The notes below the pieces were generated by a model that was given only the letters and a program-made list of their open reading frames with translations, searched no databases and was not told the DNA's origin. Positions 1 through 14,058 of a stretch of 64,000 nt of DNA are shown in pieces (position 1 is the first letter of the stretch; each line of letters starts with the position of its first letter). The DNA is from Octopus bimaculoides (taxonomy: Eukaryota). The position numbers were made by a program, and so were the translations under genes. The stretch is taken from NCBI RefSeq assembly GCF_001194135.2, contig NC_068991.1, positions 24,287,007 through 24,351,006 on the forward strand. Reading direction: 5' to 3'.

Positions 1-145
1 CCAGTAGGCAACTGGTACTTAATTTATCAATCCAGAAAATATGAAAGGTAAAGTCGACCTCGGCGGGATTTGACAGAACGAAGACCGACGAAATACCGCT
101 AAGCATTTCTCCCGGCGTGCTAACGTTTCTGCCAGCTCGCCGCCT
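1..145 (-). mobile_element. tRNA-derived SINE, family A
   Basis: Reverse complement of the recurring consensus ggcggcgagctggcagaa..cgttag..aaatgcttagcggtatttcgtc..gttctgagttcaaattccgccgaggtcgactttgcctttcat..gataaaataagtaccag, seen more than 12 times in the window. Confidence 0.8.
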
Positions 146-494
146 TTTGTTGATACAGATATAGTTTGATGTAAATTATTCATATCTGTCCTAGATATTT
201 CATCGTTCCAACTCAACTACACAAAGAATAAATAAAAAATTTAAATAATCATTATGATGTCTCAAAAGACGGAGCCATACACTACAAGTGTTCGTTTGAT
301 TATTTGACTTTTGCTTAATTATATCTTTCAATGCAAGAAATGCCAAAGTTTGTCATAAGTTTTCAAAAGTAAACTGAACAAAGGAAACACTTTTTTCTAA
401 GAATTAATTGATGAAAACGTTTTTGGATTATTACGCTAAGACTAAAATTTACCTGTAATCAAAGTTCTTGCAATCATTTGATATAACAAGCTTT

Positions 495-935
495 AAGTCG
501 ACGAGCTGGCAGAAACGTTAAGGCGCCGGGAGAAACGCTTTGCGGCATTTCGTCTGTCTTTACGTTCTGAATTCAAATTCCACCGAGGTCGACTTTGCCT
601 TTAATCCTTTTGGGTCGATAAATCAAACACTAGTTGCGTACTGGGGTCTATCTAATCGACTGGCTCCCGCCCCAAAAATTTCGGGTCTTGTGCCTAGAGA
701 AGAACAGGATATAACAAGCTTTATTTATTTAAGCTGACAAGAATCGTTAGTGCACTGGGAAAATGCTTAGCGGTATTTTCTGTCTTTACGTTCTAAGTTC
801 AAATGCTACTGGGTCGACTTTGCCTTTTGTCCTTTCGGTGTCGGCAAAATAAGTACCAGTTGAGCTCTGGAGTCGATGTAATCGACTAGCCCCCCCACAC
901 ACCCCACCACCCCCGAGCTTGTTGGTCTTGTGCCA
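495..935 (+). mobile_element. Two tandem SINE family A copies
   Basis: Consensus blocks at about 495-700 and 735-935; B-box-like gttcaaat in the second copy. Confidence 0.8.
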
Positions 936-1039
936 AAATCTCAAATCCACATAACGAGCTTGTAATTTTCAGACAAAAGATAAAAGACCGTATTTGTAAT
1001 ACCCAACAACTTCAAACACTGCCATATAATAATGATTTC

Positions 1040-1770
1040 CGGCTAGGGTTTGAGGCGAACAATTATGGGGTTAGAGGTTAGTTGACTACATCAATTCCAG
1101 TACTTGTCGGAATTTTATCGACCTCCACTCATCTCCTCTCCAACCTTATGAAAGGCAAAATTGACCTTGGCAGGAAATGACCTTAGAACGTAAAAAGACG
1201 GAACAAATATCGGATGCCAGGTTTTTCGACGCTCTAACGATTCTACCCTAAACATCGCCCTAAACATAATAATAATGGAAGAGGAGATAAACTAAAAACA
1301 ATGAGTTCGCTCTTTGAAAACTGAGTTGAGACATTAATTATGATAACTATCGAGTGAGTTTGGGACTTAAGAAAGTGAAGTGCAGTCTTTCATTCTGAAA
1401 ACATCAAGACATAAAGGTTCAAATAATATATACGAAAAGATTATTAAATTACAGCAATATAGAAGAAAGTGTGTAGCAAAGGATCTTTTGGCTGTAGTTT
1501 AGAGTTTCTTTTTGATAAAACTACATATGATAGCTGATTAATTTTTGAATATTGTCCTTAGCGCAAGGCCATACATTTAACGAGAGGATTTAATGTTGAA
1601 AAAAGATCGCAGTACTTGACTAGTTCCTTATTTTATTGATGACCCGAGAAGGGTTAAAAGCGAAGTTGACCTCGGTGAGATTTGAATTCAACATAAAGGG
1701 CCTAAACATTAATAAAAAAACATCGCTACAAAGCATTGTCAAGCACTCTAACTGTTCTGCAAAACTCCAC
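1040..1770 (-). mobile_element. Two degenerate SINE family A copies (about 1040-1260 and 1555-1770)
   Basis: Shared motifs gaaaggcaaaattgacct and gttgacctcggtgagatttgaattca. Confidence 0.65.
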
Positions 1771-1804
1771 TCCTGGAATAATTATCAGCATTATAAATTT
1801 TATA

Positions 1805-1896
<92 letters not shown>

Positions 1897-1925
1897 CGCG
1901 TGTGTGCGCGCGTGCGTGTGTGTAT
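1805..1925. repeat. (GT)n microsatellite
   Basis: Direct reading. Confidence 0.98.
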
Positions 1926-3189
1926 TGTTACCACTAACAGCTTCACATATATTGTGTCATTGTCGTGGTTAATAGTGTCCATAGAATAAAGTGGGATTTA
2001 TTTTTGGTTTATTGAAGCTGTGGTTGTGCGTTTAACAATGTTTCATTTGCTTTGTACTGCTTGTAAATCGTGTCCTCTTCATTAGTAAATGGTGGGAAAG
2101 GACTTCTTCGTTTGTTGTTGTTGTTGTTGTAAAGACCATATTCCCTAAGTCTGCCAAACAAAATACAAAACAAATATGTATGAAAAAACTGACCTTAAAG
2201 CATTAGACTTCTTCAAACAAGAGATCTTGGACAAAACTTATCTTCATCTGCATGTAAAGCTTGAAATTTGAATGTATAACTTAGGGTATAAACTCCAATA
2301 GCCACAAAATTCAAGTAAGAAGTAGTGAAGACTGGAATCATTAACCTTGAAAAATAAACTAATACCCAGCCATGCACATACTATGGCTAGTATTGGGGCA
2401 AGTTAGATATTTTCAAAGAAGGAACTAATTCTTTCCTAACTCTCGACTGTTTCAATTCCTAAACCGTCCGAACCAATAAGGGAATCTCTATATGTTTGCC
2501 CGATGTGGGGGGAAATAATATCAGATATAACTCCCAAATATTGAATAATAATGCAGACCTAAATCCAGCATGTATGTAAAATAAACGAACCACGTCCACG
2601 GCTGGAATATCTTCCATCATAGATCTATTTGACTAAGATTGATAAAGAATGAAACAACAACCAGAAAAATATAAATATAAATAACAGACGACAGTATTTT
2701 AAACGTGCGTGAATTAAGCACAAAAATTCGATCAAATCGACTTCAAACCTCAACACAACGTGCTGGAGAAGCTCGACTTTCACTAAAAGTATCATGTTTC
2801 ATGCATATACTTTAAAAACAGGCCGTAATTATGTATCACTTAACTTAAATTCCAATTTAAATTCCAATTTGAAGATATCTCAGATTTCCATTTTACATTC
2901 GAGAGTTTCCTAAATAATGCTGTAAAATACGAAATACGTCAACGGAAAACACTGATTTTCGTATAACCAAGATGGTCTTTTGCAACATTGCATTTTAGGA
3001 ACATATTTTGACATACAAAAATGTAAGTGTATTTTTTCCTTGGATTGATGAAAGCAAAATCTGTTACTCCTGTCTTAAAACCAAGACACTCATTTGTTCG
3101 TCGATGCACAATCAAGTCAGTAGTAGTAGTAGTAGTAGTAGTAATAATAATAATAATGATAATAAGAATAAGAATGCTTTCTGTTATAG

Positions 3190-3392
3190 GTACAATGCCT
3201 GAAATTTTTGTGGGGTTGGGTACAGTCAATTACATTGAAACCAGTACTCAACTGGTACTTATTTCATTGACCCTGAAACGATAAAAGGCAAAGTCGACCT
3301 CGGCAGAATTTGAACTCAGAACGTAGCGACTGGCGAATTACCTCTAAGCATTTCGCCCGGAGTACTAACGATTCTGCCAGCACGCCACCTTA
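3190..3392 (-). mobile_element. SINE family A
   Basis: aaaggcaaagtcgacctcggcagaatttgaactcagaacgta..ctaagcatttcgcccgg..aacgattctgccagc. Confidence 0.85.
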
Positions 3393-3409
3393 AAATTAAT
3401 AAAAATAAA

Positions 3410-3515
<106 letters not shown>

Positions 3516-3664
3516 GGCAGTAGCTCTCATTGCTTCTGATCTTAACTGATTGGAAGTGTTATGTACATGCTTTGTCTTGGTGTAAAAGATGAGCTACAGC
3601 AAATATTCTGCTTCTGCTCAATGCCACAGATTTGCTTGTCAGTTCAAAGGAGATTCTTGATCAC

Positions 3665-4110
3665 CTATGTTATTTGTTATAACTTTGATCCCACTTTCTG
3701 TAGTCCTACGCAAAGTCAACGCGCACTATAAGCTGAGAAAGAGTGAACCTCGTCTCAACCACCTTCTCTTCATGGATGATTTTAAACTGTTCGCAAAAGC
3801 AGAGCCTGAAATGGAGAGGCTGGTTGAGACTGTGCAAATGTGCAGCAAGGATATAGGGATATAATTCGGTATCTCGACGTGTGCAGTGCTTACTTTGAAG
3901 CGGGGAAAAGAGTAAATTGTAGGGCATAGAATGATAATGGGTACAAGAACCTTGAGATCCTGGAGATGGACAATATCTTGCATAAAGAAACGAAAGAGAT
4001 CATCATCATTATATTTCAAACGCCTTAATCTTCTTTTGAAATCAAAACTCAACTCAAGGAACCTTGTGACTGCCATCAAAATATGAGCGGTTGCTGTAGT
4101 CCGCTATAGT
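3665..4110 (+). mobile_element. R4/Dong-clade non-LTR retrotransposon RT fragment (decayed)
   Basis: LSVVLRK..RLNHLLFMDDFKLFAK..CAVLTLKRGK..LLKSKLNSRNLVTAI; matches the other R4-type fragments in the window. Confidence 0.8.
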
Positions 4111-5695
4111 GGTGGTGGTGGTGGTGGTGGTGGTGGTGGTGGTGGTGAGGATGATTTATGACGATTAACATCACTGATTTGCAGAGGAAAGTAGACAGAA
4201 TACTTTTGTTTGACCGTTTTTCAAGGGCACCCATACGCGTTTCCTCAACCCCTTATCATGGTCAGTATTGAGGTAAAGATTTATTGGCCAAAAGTCATTA
4301 ATTACATCTTCCACGTCAGTGTCTTAGCCCGTCTCACAGAACCGGGAGTTCTCTTTTTCTCCTGCCAGTTGCAGTTCATGTCTGCCAAAACGTGGACAAA
4401 CAAGTCTGGCATATATCCGTAAACCTCATAGGGTAGACCGTTCAAACCCAACGATCTGCTCTACATACAACCACTTGCCACCAACTACATTCCAGTTGCT
4501 GTTATCGGCTTTTTGCAACACTCCGCATCTTTTGCCGAGAGCTATGACAAGCCATCGAGATAGGTACTAAAGCCAGCAACCGTCTCCGTTCTACCGCCTG
4601 CCCAATTAAGCGAAGTGCCGCTGTAATGTCGTACACATCTGTTTGAAATCGGATATCACGTGGCCTTTCCGATCTGTCAGAGACCAATTGTGGATATGCT
4701 ATCATGCCGCACCTTTGCCACCCAGGCCCATCGAGTAGCTTTCGTTCGTACCATTAGCTTCGTGTTTCGCATTGAAGAAATGTTCAAGAACCATTATCTC
4801 TGTTGGCATGTCAGTTGTTTCAGTTGTAGTACCCTTACTAATCAACTCTTGTAATTTATCAACTCTCACTCTAATCTCTTTTTCCTAATACTACTCTTTG
4901 CGAATTTCTACTGTAATTGCTCTCCTCAGAAAATACCTCCACTGGTTGTTGGCGGTCACCTTCGTCAAGTGTTCAAGTGCTGCTAAACTTAAACGTTAAT
5001 TAGGTTTCTGTAAGCTTTATACACCAAGAACAGTGTGTTCAGCTTCAAGGAGCCAGGTTCTAATTAGTTCTAACTAAGTTGACTATGCAGATCACAAACT
5101 TGTGGCCTGTCTGACCAACCACTTGAAATTATAGACATTCTACAGTATCTCTGTCTGCTAGTCAAGCCAATACTTTATCTAAATGTCATCTGGATGATTC
5201 GATTCCGTTGTTCCCCGTCCTCACTGGCACATTCTAGAAATCTAATCAGTACCTGTCAGAAAGCTGAATAGCTGAGAGATTTTACATACCCCTATCCTAT
5301 CGGTTAGTTCCACAAACATGATGTTCAAAGGAAAAGCGAAACAGCTGCAGCTTGGTTCCAGTGTTGTCGTAGGCGACAACAAGGCATCCAGCCTGATGTT
5401 CTTAAAGTTCCGTCAATCCACTGTCCTAAATACCTTTGTATTTGACCCCGAAAAGATTAAATTTGACCTCCACAAGATTTGAACTCAGGACACAGAATCA
5501 AAACAAATAAAAGAAGGCTTTCCTGTCTGCCGACTTTCGATTCTGATGATTCTCCATCTTTGTAATATTTTAACATTTTGACAGAAAACTAGTTTCATTG
5601 ATATATCATATTTTTATATGTCTGTTTGTGTGTTTTTGTTTTATGCCATTTGATAGTACATTTGCCTTCGTTTCCTTTTATTTACCCTCTTTCAG

Positions 5696-5921
5696 GTTAT
5701 TCGAAAAATACCCAGATGTTCAAGATATATTTATTCCATTCAAAGGTCAAAGCCTTGAAGATCTTAGTAATAATGACCGAATGCGTGAACATGGTTTACA
5801 AGTAATGCGGACAGTTGAGAAGGCCATTGCTAGATTGGATCAACCCGCGAAACTTGAATCCATGCTGTTTGAACTGGGTCAAAAACATGTCATGTTTGAC
5901 ACTAAAGTAGACTACATGGAC
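5696..5921 (+). CDS. Globin (neuroglobin-like) internal exon 2: (R)LFEKYPDVQDIFIPFKGQSLEDLSNNDRMREHGLQVMRTVEKAIARLDQPAKLESMLFELGQKHVMFDTKVDYMD
   Basis: Polypyrimidine tract plus ttcag acceptor (5691-5695), phase 2; gtaagt donor at 5922, phase 0; 226 nt. Globin invariants present: CD1 Phe (YPDVQDIF), E7 His (REHG), F8 His (LGQKH). Boundaries match the B12.2 and G7.0 introns. Confidence 0.95.
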
Positions 5922-5999
5922 GTAAGTAGTATAGAGTTCATTACTTTATTCTTAACGATAGACAGTCGATGCAATCAAGACTAACGAATATGTCAAATG

Positions 6000-6043
<44 letters not shown>

Positions 6044-6339
6044 TTAGACAAGCTTGGACAGACAATAAATACATGAGCGTCCCTCTGCATATCTCGATTT
6101 ATCTAAAGCTAGGTATGTTTTATACTGAGAGTGCCTGATAAATAATTCGAAATTTAATTGGAGCTATGGTAATTATGTATATACGAATGAATAGAACGGG
6201 ATGGAGAAATATCAAATATTTCATACAAACTAAAAATACCTATATATACCTATATATATTACCTTAATTCGTGACATGAATTATACATCTGTGCGTTGTT
6301 AATATAGCTCATTAGTCGGAAAGTAGTAAGGCTGTATTT

Positions 6340-6401
<62 letters not shown>

Positions 6402-6750
6402 TATAGATAGATAGATAGATAGGGGGAGGAGGGGGAGGGGAAAGAGGGAGAGAGGAGAGAGAGAAGAGAGATAGAGGAGAGAGAGAGGAGAGAGAGAGGA
6501 GAGAGAGGAGAGAGAGGAGAGAGAGAGAATTGTCAAGAAAGAATAAACAACGCAAGCAAAACTAACTGCGAGAAAGATAGAAGTAAAAAGATTGAAACAG
6601 ACATATCTGATAGAAAAGAAACAAACAAACAAGCAAACAAACACTGAATGAATGGATGGATGGATGGATGGATGGATGGATGGATGGATGGATGGATTGA
6701 TGGATGGATGGATAATTGAATGAATGGAAGGAAGGATGGATGGATGATTG
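6340..6750. repeat. (GATA)n, GA-rich and (GGAT)n simple repeats
   Basis: Direct reading. Confidence 0.95.
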
Positions 6751-7103
6751 AAGGAAGAACAGGGCAAATAATTTCTAGAGTAATCGAAATCCTTGCTACG
6801 CAAAGACTGTCAGTAACCATACAAAAATAGTAATGGCGCAAACTGCTGTCAGGGTTGAAGATATAAGTGTTCCTTTGATGAAACGTAAACCCATTGACAT
6901 TTTATCTATTGTGAAATGAAATTGTAGACATGAAAGCAGGAAGATATTAGATCAAGAATTTGGAGAATAGGGAATATAAAGGGGTGAAATGCAAAAACTT
7001 CTTAGAACAATAAGAAAAGGATACCAGAAGAGGAGAAAGAAATTGAAGCTACTTATACACGTACATAAGTGCTTATATATATGTATGTGTGTGTGTATGT
7101 ATG

Positions 7104-7136
<33 letters not shown>

Positions 7137-7451
7137 NNNNNNNNNNNNNNNNNNNNNNNNNNNNNNNNNNNTGTGTGTGTATGTATATATATATATATAT
7201 ATACATACACACACACATATATGCGTGTGTGCGTGTGTGTGTGTGTGTGTGTGTTTGTGTGTGTTTGTATTATGTATGTATGCACAATGGTATGAAAGAA
7301 TGACGTGTGGCATGTATTCCTGCGTTGTTACACGTCATCAAACATGAGTACCTATTTTGTCCCTCACAAATTTATCGGAATAATAGTTCTGATATATAAG
7401 CACAGCAAACAGTAGATCTGAATATATTGTCGTGTATATTATGGTCGTCTA

Positions 7452-7860
7452 AACTACGTAAAAATGAAAATGACACTGACACCTCATTTTAACAGATATA
7501 TTTACCAAAATTACATGAACTTATCTTGAAATACTAAAGAGTAAATTTATTCAATATAATCGCCATTGGCTTCAACCATGGCCTCCAGACGACTTCAGAA
7601 TCTCCTGCAACTCTTCTGGAAGGTCTACTTGTTTAATTTGGTGAATGCTGCCATAATCCTTGCCTTCAGTTCATTTTTGGTCTTAAAAGGAGTTTTGTTG
7701 GTTTCTCGCTCAACTGCGATACACACATAATAATCAAGCGAGTTACCATCTGGGAAGTTAGGTGGCCAGATATTAGAGGTTATGAGGTCGCAGAAATTGT
7801 CTGACAGTCATGACTGGGTTCTCCTGCTTGTGTGGCATGGTGCAGAGTCCTATTGTCTTC
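7452..7860 (-). mobile_element. maT/mori (DD37D) Tc1-mariner remnant, 3' part
   Basis: Minus strand reads DSAPCHTSRRTQS*LSDNFCDLITSNIWPPNFPDGNSLDYYV; homologous to 15230-15635 in the opposite orientation. Confidence 0.8.
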
Positions 7861-8582
7861 TCGGTATGTGTATACAAAAGCAGCAAATTAAGTGATACAG
7901 CTTCATTATTACAAAATATCAATAACAAATATCTTCCTGTTCATGTTTATACAGAGACCACAGGTTTCCTCACAGTTTTCTTTTTGTAAATTTGTTTCAT
8001 AGAGCTTTAATTGAACCAAAGATATGGAAGAAGAAAGTTATGCAGAAGCTTTCATTGTAGCATCGTACCCAGAGCCACGTGATGAAGAAGCGAACCTTTC
8101 AATCATATGGCTGTGCCTGCACTCCTACTTGCTTCCGTTCTCTTCCTGTTTAGGTTCGCTGTTAAATACCAGAAAGACTTGTTGAACATTTTGTTTATGC
8201 ATAGATCGTTGTCAGTCCAGTTGTGGTACGCGAACTTGTGAAATTTTAGTAAGGAGTCAGACGCTTTGCTCAGTCGACTGATGCAATTACAAACACGTTC
8301 TTCAAAAATGAATGGGTGACAATGTTTGGTATGAACATTAATTGACAAGAAACAATGGACTACTTATGAAGGAAATGAAAGCATTTAAAATAAAATGGAA
8401 GAAGCTGTGAATGAAAATAGGCTTTGGAATAAGTAAGATTATGAACATGAAAGATAATTTCATAGGAACCAAAAAAACACAAGTTTAGAAATAACGGTGA
8501 AAGATTAGTTACGAAAGTGGCAGATTTGGGGGAGAAAATAGAAAACGTAAATTTTATGAGTCTGACTGGGTCCATAAAATTT

Positions 8583-8618
<36 letters not shown>

Positions 8619-8719
8619 AAGCGACAGATAGAGAGGCAAATAGATATACTGAAATACAGAGGCATATGTACATACCTAAGGTGATACAAATAAATAATAA
8701 TAAAATAAATGCGTCCCTT

Positions 8720-8882
8720 TTAAAGCCTAGCCAGGCTCATGGGCCCCAGTTTCTATGGAGCATGTGTTCCCCAGCTGGACGGAACCCCAGTCCATCGCAG
8801 CGTTACTCATTTTTGCCAGCTAAGTGGACTGGAGCAACGTGAAATGAAGTGTTTTGCTCAAGAACACAAAGCGTCGCCCGGT
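8720..8882 (-). mobile_element. SINE family B fragment (CORE-like gtgt(c/t)cttgagcaa motif)
   Basis: Minus strand ttgtgttcttgagcaaaacacttcatttcacgttgctccagtccac, shared with the 13545-13822 and 39225-39500 copies. Confidence 0.7.
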
Positions 8883-9129
8883 ACATATATANNNNNNNNN
8901 NNNNNNNNNNNNNNNNNNNNNNNNNNNNNNNNNNNNNNNNNNNNNNNNNNNNNNNNNNNNNNNNNNNNNNNNNNNNNNNNNNNNNNNNNNNNNNNNNNNN
9001 NNNNNNNNNNNNNNNNNNNNNNNNNNATATAATAAAAGAAGGAAAATGCACACAGTTTACATAGTTTTAATATGTTTTTTAATATATTTTATAAGTGAAA
9101 GATTATTGTGTTTGATTATTGCATATCTA

Positions 9130-9900
9130 GACATGCGCATATATATTTAAATGATAAACCGTTTGTCCAGAGAGAATCCAATGGATGTAAAGGATGCCTT
9201 TTTTGTCGAAAAAGAGTATCATTATGAGCTTCCCGGTGGACTTGCTTTACCTGACTTTCTTGGTTCTGGGGAGTTATAATGCTTCCAATGGGCAATCTTT
9301 CCCTTTCCATAACAGTAGATCCAGCTTTCGTCACAGGTCACCAGAGACTCTAGTCGTCTTGGATTGGAGTTAATGAGCTCAACCACCTGCCTGTTGTCAC
9401 CAACATGTCTTTCTTTCTGTTCGTCACTGAGTACCCGGGGAACGAACCTTGCATAAATTTTGCGTATTTTCAGATCTTCGCTAATAATTCTGTCCAGAGT
9501 TGTCACACTAACTGCAAACTGTACACTTATTGTCTTTATAGAAACACAAGTCTTAATTCAGAAAACTGCGAATTTTCTCAACCAGCCCTGATGTTCTGAC
9601 GTCCCTCTTCCTTTTACTCCTCTCATTGTTTCTCACGCCCCTCTGACGTCCTTGAACCTCTTGTTCTTAATAAAAATAGATGCTAGGTTCATACAAGTTA
9701 ATCTATAAACCGTCTGACGCATTTCATAAGTTTCTGTAGTGTTTTTTTCCCAGTTTAACACAAAACTTTATTGCATAGCTAGCTTTCAACTGTCTTCACA
9801 TCCCAACTGCATTCTGAAAACCAGTCAGGCATGACAAGTAATGTTTAGAAAGATGTGTTCAGCCGTGTCCATCAGCCTGGGATAAAATAGTTGGTAGGTC
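9130..9900 (-). mobile_element. mariner transposase remnant
   Basis: ORF 9222-9506: RIISEDLKIRKIYARFVPRVLSDEQKERHV..LVTCDESWIYCY (WVPxxL-like motif and first catalytic Asp), followed by a MILF.D-like segment. Confidence 0.85.
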
Positions 9901-12519
9901 AGTATATTAGATATTACAATAAACTAGAACAGTTATAACTGCCTGAAATGCCTCAAAACATCTGGAATGTATCTCATGTCTGTTTATGTGTATTTATATT
10001 CATATGTTGGTACTCCATGTCAAGCTTTTGACATGATTAATTCCGTCTATGATTTGTATTTTTCATACCAAATACCTATTCTCAGTGAACTGGCCCATTA
10101 TTTGTATTTTGTTCTTCTGATAAACTGATTTTACCAATGCTCCTTGGGAAGAGATCTGTATCACCTCTTATTTCATATTTCTCAAGTTCATTAGCTATCC
10201 TAATTAGGTTGTTGCTTTCATGGTTACACACTTGGGTAAGATGTATGTGTGTGTATGTCTGTCTGTCTGTATGGATGGATGGATGGATGGATGGATGGAT
10301 GGACATCTTCAAAGTGGAGACCTGATCCGAATATTTGCAATAGAGTGGATAACACTAAAGCCAGCCTGGGATCAATTGTAATCCCAGGCTGGTTTTAACA
10401 AAATCCATTCTATCGTGGTGTTAAACCGAGTGACAGATTAACTCTAAAACCCAAACAGAGTGAGATATTTAATCTATTGTAAGATATTTAATCCACGTTT
10501 GGATATGCATTATAATAGACTGAACTGAATTCATAGAGAATGCAACCTGTTTGTAAGTGCTGGTCTTCTGAATAACAGACGGCAAGAACAATTCATAGAC
10601 AGCTCTGAGTCTGTTAATACAACTTCTCTAGTCCTAATATCATTATAACACTGTTTCTCTTCTTTTAATTTTTTAGCACTACTTCCGGTTTAACATGTCC
10701 TCTTGGTTGCCGGGGTTTACTGAGTTACAAGCATGCATACTAATTCTTCAAGTTGAGTGTAATATGTTGATGCATCGTTTACTACTACACTTCTCTTTGC
10801 GTAGTGTTTATTGTTTAAGCGAAAAAGTTTTTTCCAGCGTAGGACCATCACAAGATTGGACAGGAGCTTAGCCATTTGAGTATCGTTTCAGGAGTCTGCC
10901 GTATCAGTTGGTGTATGAATTCAACTTCTTTAGCTTGTTGGTGTTACATCCAGTGAGTTCATAATTCGAAAGCACGAATTTATCCAACTAATATCAGTCG
11001 CCCGGTTATTTCTCCTCGATTTGGCATCTCTTTCTCTCCTCTCCCAAAATAATCTACTTTATAAGAAATACAGAAATTAATATTGCTTAGTTATCAATAA
11101 AACGTATTATCTATAAATGTATGTGACAACAATACTATCTTGCTGAAGTTTATGTAGGAATTCTTATGACAATACACTGACTAGACTTAAGTTTGTTAAT
11201 GAATTCTTTGAATAAGAATAACATGTCTGAATTGAAAAGCGAATAACAATAAGTTGAGTGTAAGGTTATCCATTGTTTGCGTTCAACTCGTTCAATAATC
11301 TGTGTTGGAACTATCCGATAATTCATTGCTTTTACCATCGGAAATATCGTGTTATTTCCGAGCTTTAGTGCTTTAAGCATAACAGGAAAAAAAGTAGAAT
11401 GCTTATTCCTTTGACTTTATGATTTACATTTTCATGAAACCTCTATTTATTCAGCAATCAATGCAGGTAATAAATGTTCTAGAATGTCGCTTTTTATTCT
11501 TGTTTCATTCATTACTTTATTTCTCATGTAATAACGAAAGGAAACATCTCATATCTTGTTTCAATGAAAGAAGCATTTGACACTCTGTCTACAGGTAATA
11601 TACCCAATTAAGCAGTCACGAGTGTGTATTAAGAGGATATTACCATGGCTTCTGCAATTCATCTCGGTTTGTTGTATAAAAATAATGCTTTCAATAGTTA
11701 CGTTTTGAAACATACAAGAGAACATAAAGTTTATTAGCACGAGTTTTGTTTGTTTGTAGGTCTTCAGTGGAGTCATTTTATTTATTAGTTGAACGAGATT
11801 TGATGGTATTGCACTGAAAATACCGTACTTTGTCTCTGGAAATATACATTGCTCTCAACTGTCCACTTCGCAGCAAATAATTACTATGTAGAAGCAATGA
11901 GTTTTAGAATTATAAGAAGCGTCAGTACGTTATAATTGGTTTCCATTAACTAAATTCTTATATTTTAAGAGAGCCATGGAGAATGTGAGGAAGAAGAAAA
12001 AGAACTACTGCGACCGAAAGAATAATAAAACTACTGCGACTGACATTCGATTGCATTCTGGTCGCAACTTTGACTGCATTTTTCTTTATTCATTTAAAGC
12101 GCTGAGATAAAATCATCCGTCTGCCAAAAGCTAAACTTATTGAGAAAAAAGTCGGTACCATTTCGTTGTATCATCTTGTCTAACCACTGCATGAAAGTGA
12201 GGAAGCTTCTACGTAGCGACTTTACCCTCACGACATAGCAGTCAAATCTCCCTTGTATCATATCCTACTGTCTTAAAAAAAACAAAAGATAAGATAATAT
12301 AGTCCGCAGTAAAAAAGTAAAAGGTCGGATGGGCGTAAACGGAAGGCCTTCAATTATAGGTCTGCTGGATCGACCTTGACCAGAAACTAAACAAGAACAA
12401 TTACATGACAGAAGGAGGACTGTACGTAATTACACGAACAACTATAAATAGCAGCCAAATCTCCCTCAACTCAAACACCCTCGTCTTTAATAAAAGAATC
12501 CTAAACAACCATAAAATAT

Positions 12520-12955
12520 GGCCTGAAATTCGGTGGGAGGGAGATAATCGATTACATCGACCCCAGTGCTCAACTAATACTTATTTTATGAACTTTGAAA
12601 AGAAGAAAAGCAAAAGCAAAGTCTACTTCGGCGGCATTTGAACTCAGAGCGTGAAGCCAGAAGAAATGCCGCTAAGCATTTTCTCCGGAGTACTAATGAG
12701 CCTACCACCTCGCTACTTTACCCAACGATCTAGTAGTTATCCTTTCTATTATAGGAATAAGGCCCGAAATTTGTGAGGGAGGGGGATTAGTCGATTACAC
12801 TGACTCGAGTGCTCAACTAGTACTTATTTTATCGACCTTAGAGGATGAAAAGCAAAGTCGACCTCGTCGGTATTTGAACCCAGAACATAAAATCATAAAA
12901 GCTGCGAAGCATTTTGTCCGGCGTGTTAACGATTCCGTCAGCTTACCACCTTCCA
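12520..12955 (-). mobile_element. Two tandem SINE family A copies
   Basis: Consensus motifs at about 12520-12715 and 12760-12955. Confidence 0.8.
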
Positions 12956-13544
12956 ACAACCTAATAATTGATAAAATATAGCTGCCTTTAAAAATTTTCA
13001 AAATCTTTTTATGTAACTTTGTGTCCAACACGCGAGCAAAATCCACCGCTTTATATTATAATATATGCCGCAATATGTAATATATATAAGTCACAATGTG
13101 TCACATATGCTGTAGTACGTAAATATATGCCATAATAACAAATGTATGACATTAAACTGCATCCGATGGTGAGGATCCAGTTTGGGAGTTCTGGAGTTGT
13201 GGGGAGTGCAAATTACCGTAAATTACTTTAATTACCGTTACCCCTAGCTCCGTTCTGACCCGGAACGGTAGTACATCTATGGGTTAAATAAATTTTTGTA
13301 AGGATAGACTGAACTCCTTAACTACGGTTAATCAATCTAGAAGGAAAACACTAAAAATATTACCCACTTCCAGCATGCCCTAAGTCAACACGGAGTATGG
13401 CTGATGAAATTAACATGAGATAAGTCCAATAACATTGATCTCATGCTTCTGCATATTCTGCTGCAGCAGAGATAGCGGGAAATGATTGACGAATGTATCT
13501 CACAACGTGTGACAGTTTATATCACAATAATTGGCATTCCGTCA

Positions 13545-13822
13545 GTTACGATGACGAGGGTTTCAGTTGATGCTCGTGTAATTAACGTGCAAGTGGCTGA
13601 GCATTCCACAGACACGCATACCCTTGACGTAGTTTTCAGGGAAATTCAGCGTGACACAGAATTTGACAAGGCTGGCCCTTTTGAAGTACAGGTACAGTTG
13701 AGTGGACAAGAGTAACGTGAAATAAAATCTTGCTCAAGGACACAATGCGCCACCAGGAATCGAACTCGCGACCTAACGATCATGAGCTGATTACCCTAAA
13801 CATTAAGCCACGTGCCTTCACA
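13545..13822 (-). mobile_element. tRNA-headed SINE family B
   Basis: Minus strand: A box tggcttaatg, B box gttcgattc, then gtgtccttgagcaag. Confidence 0.8.
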
Positions 13823-14024
13823 TATCACAATATGCTACAGTACGTTACTTTAAATACTGCATCATGTAACGTGTATATTTCACTATGTTACAACATTAAG
13901 CGAAGGATTTAGAAAGTATATATCACAATATGTTAACAATATCCACAGTAGCATGTAACAAGTGTATGTCAAAATGTTACAATGTAGAATGGTGTATCTA
14001 ACATGTGTAACCGTCACAATATGT

Positions 14025-14058
<34 letters not shown>

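Noticed and set aside
4200-4800. Possible RTE-type LINE 3' remnant on the minus strand
   Set aside because: Only vague similarity and no diagnostic motif intact.
10840-10952. Exon-like segment (ttttccag..gtgagt) in the globin intron
   Set aside because: Stops in all three frames, and the globin is already complete without it.
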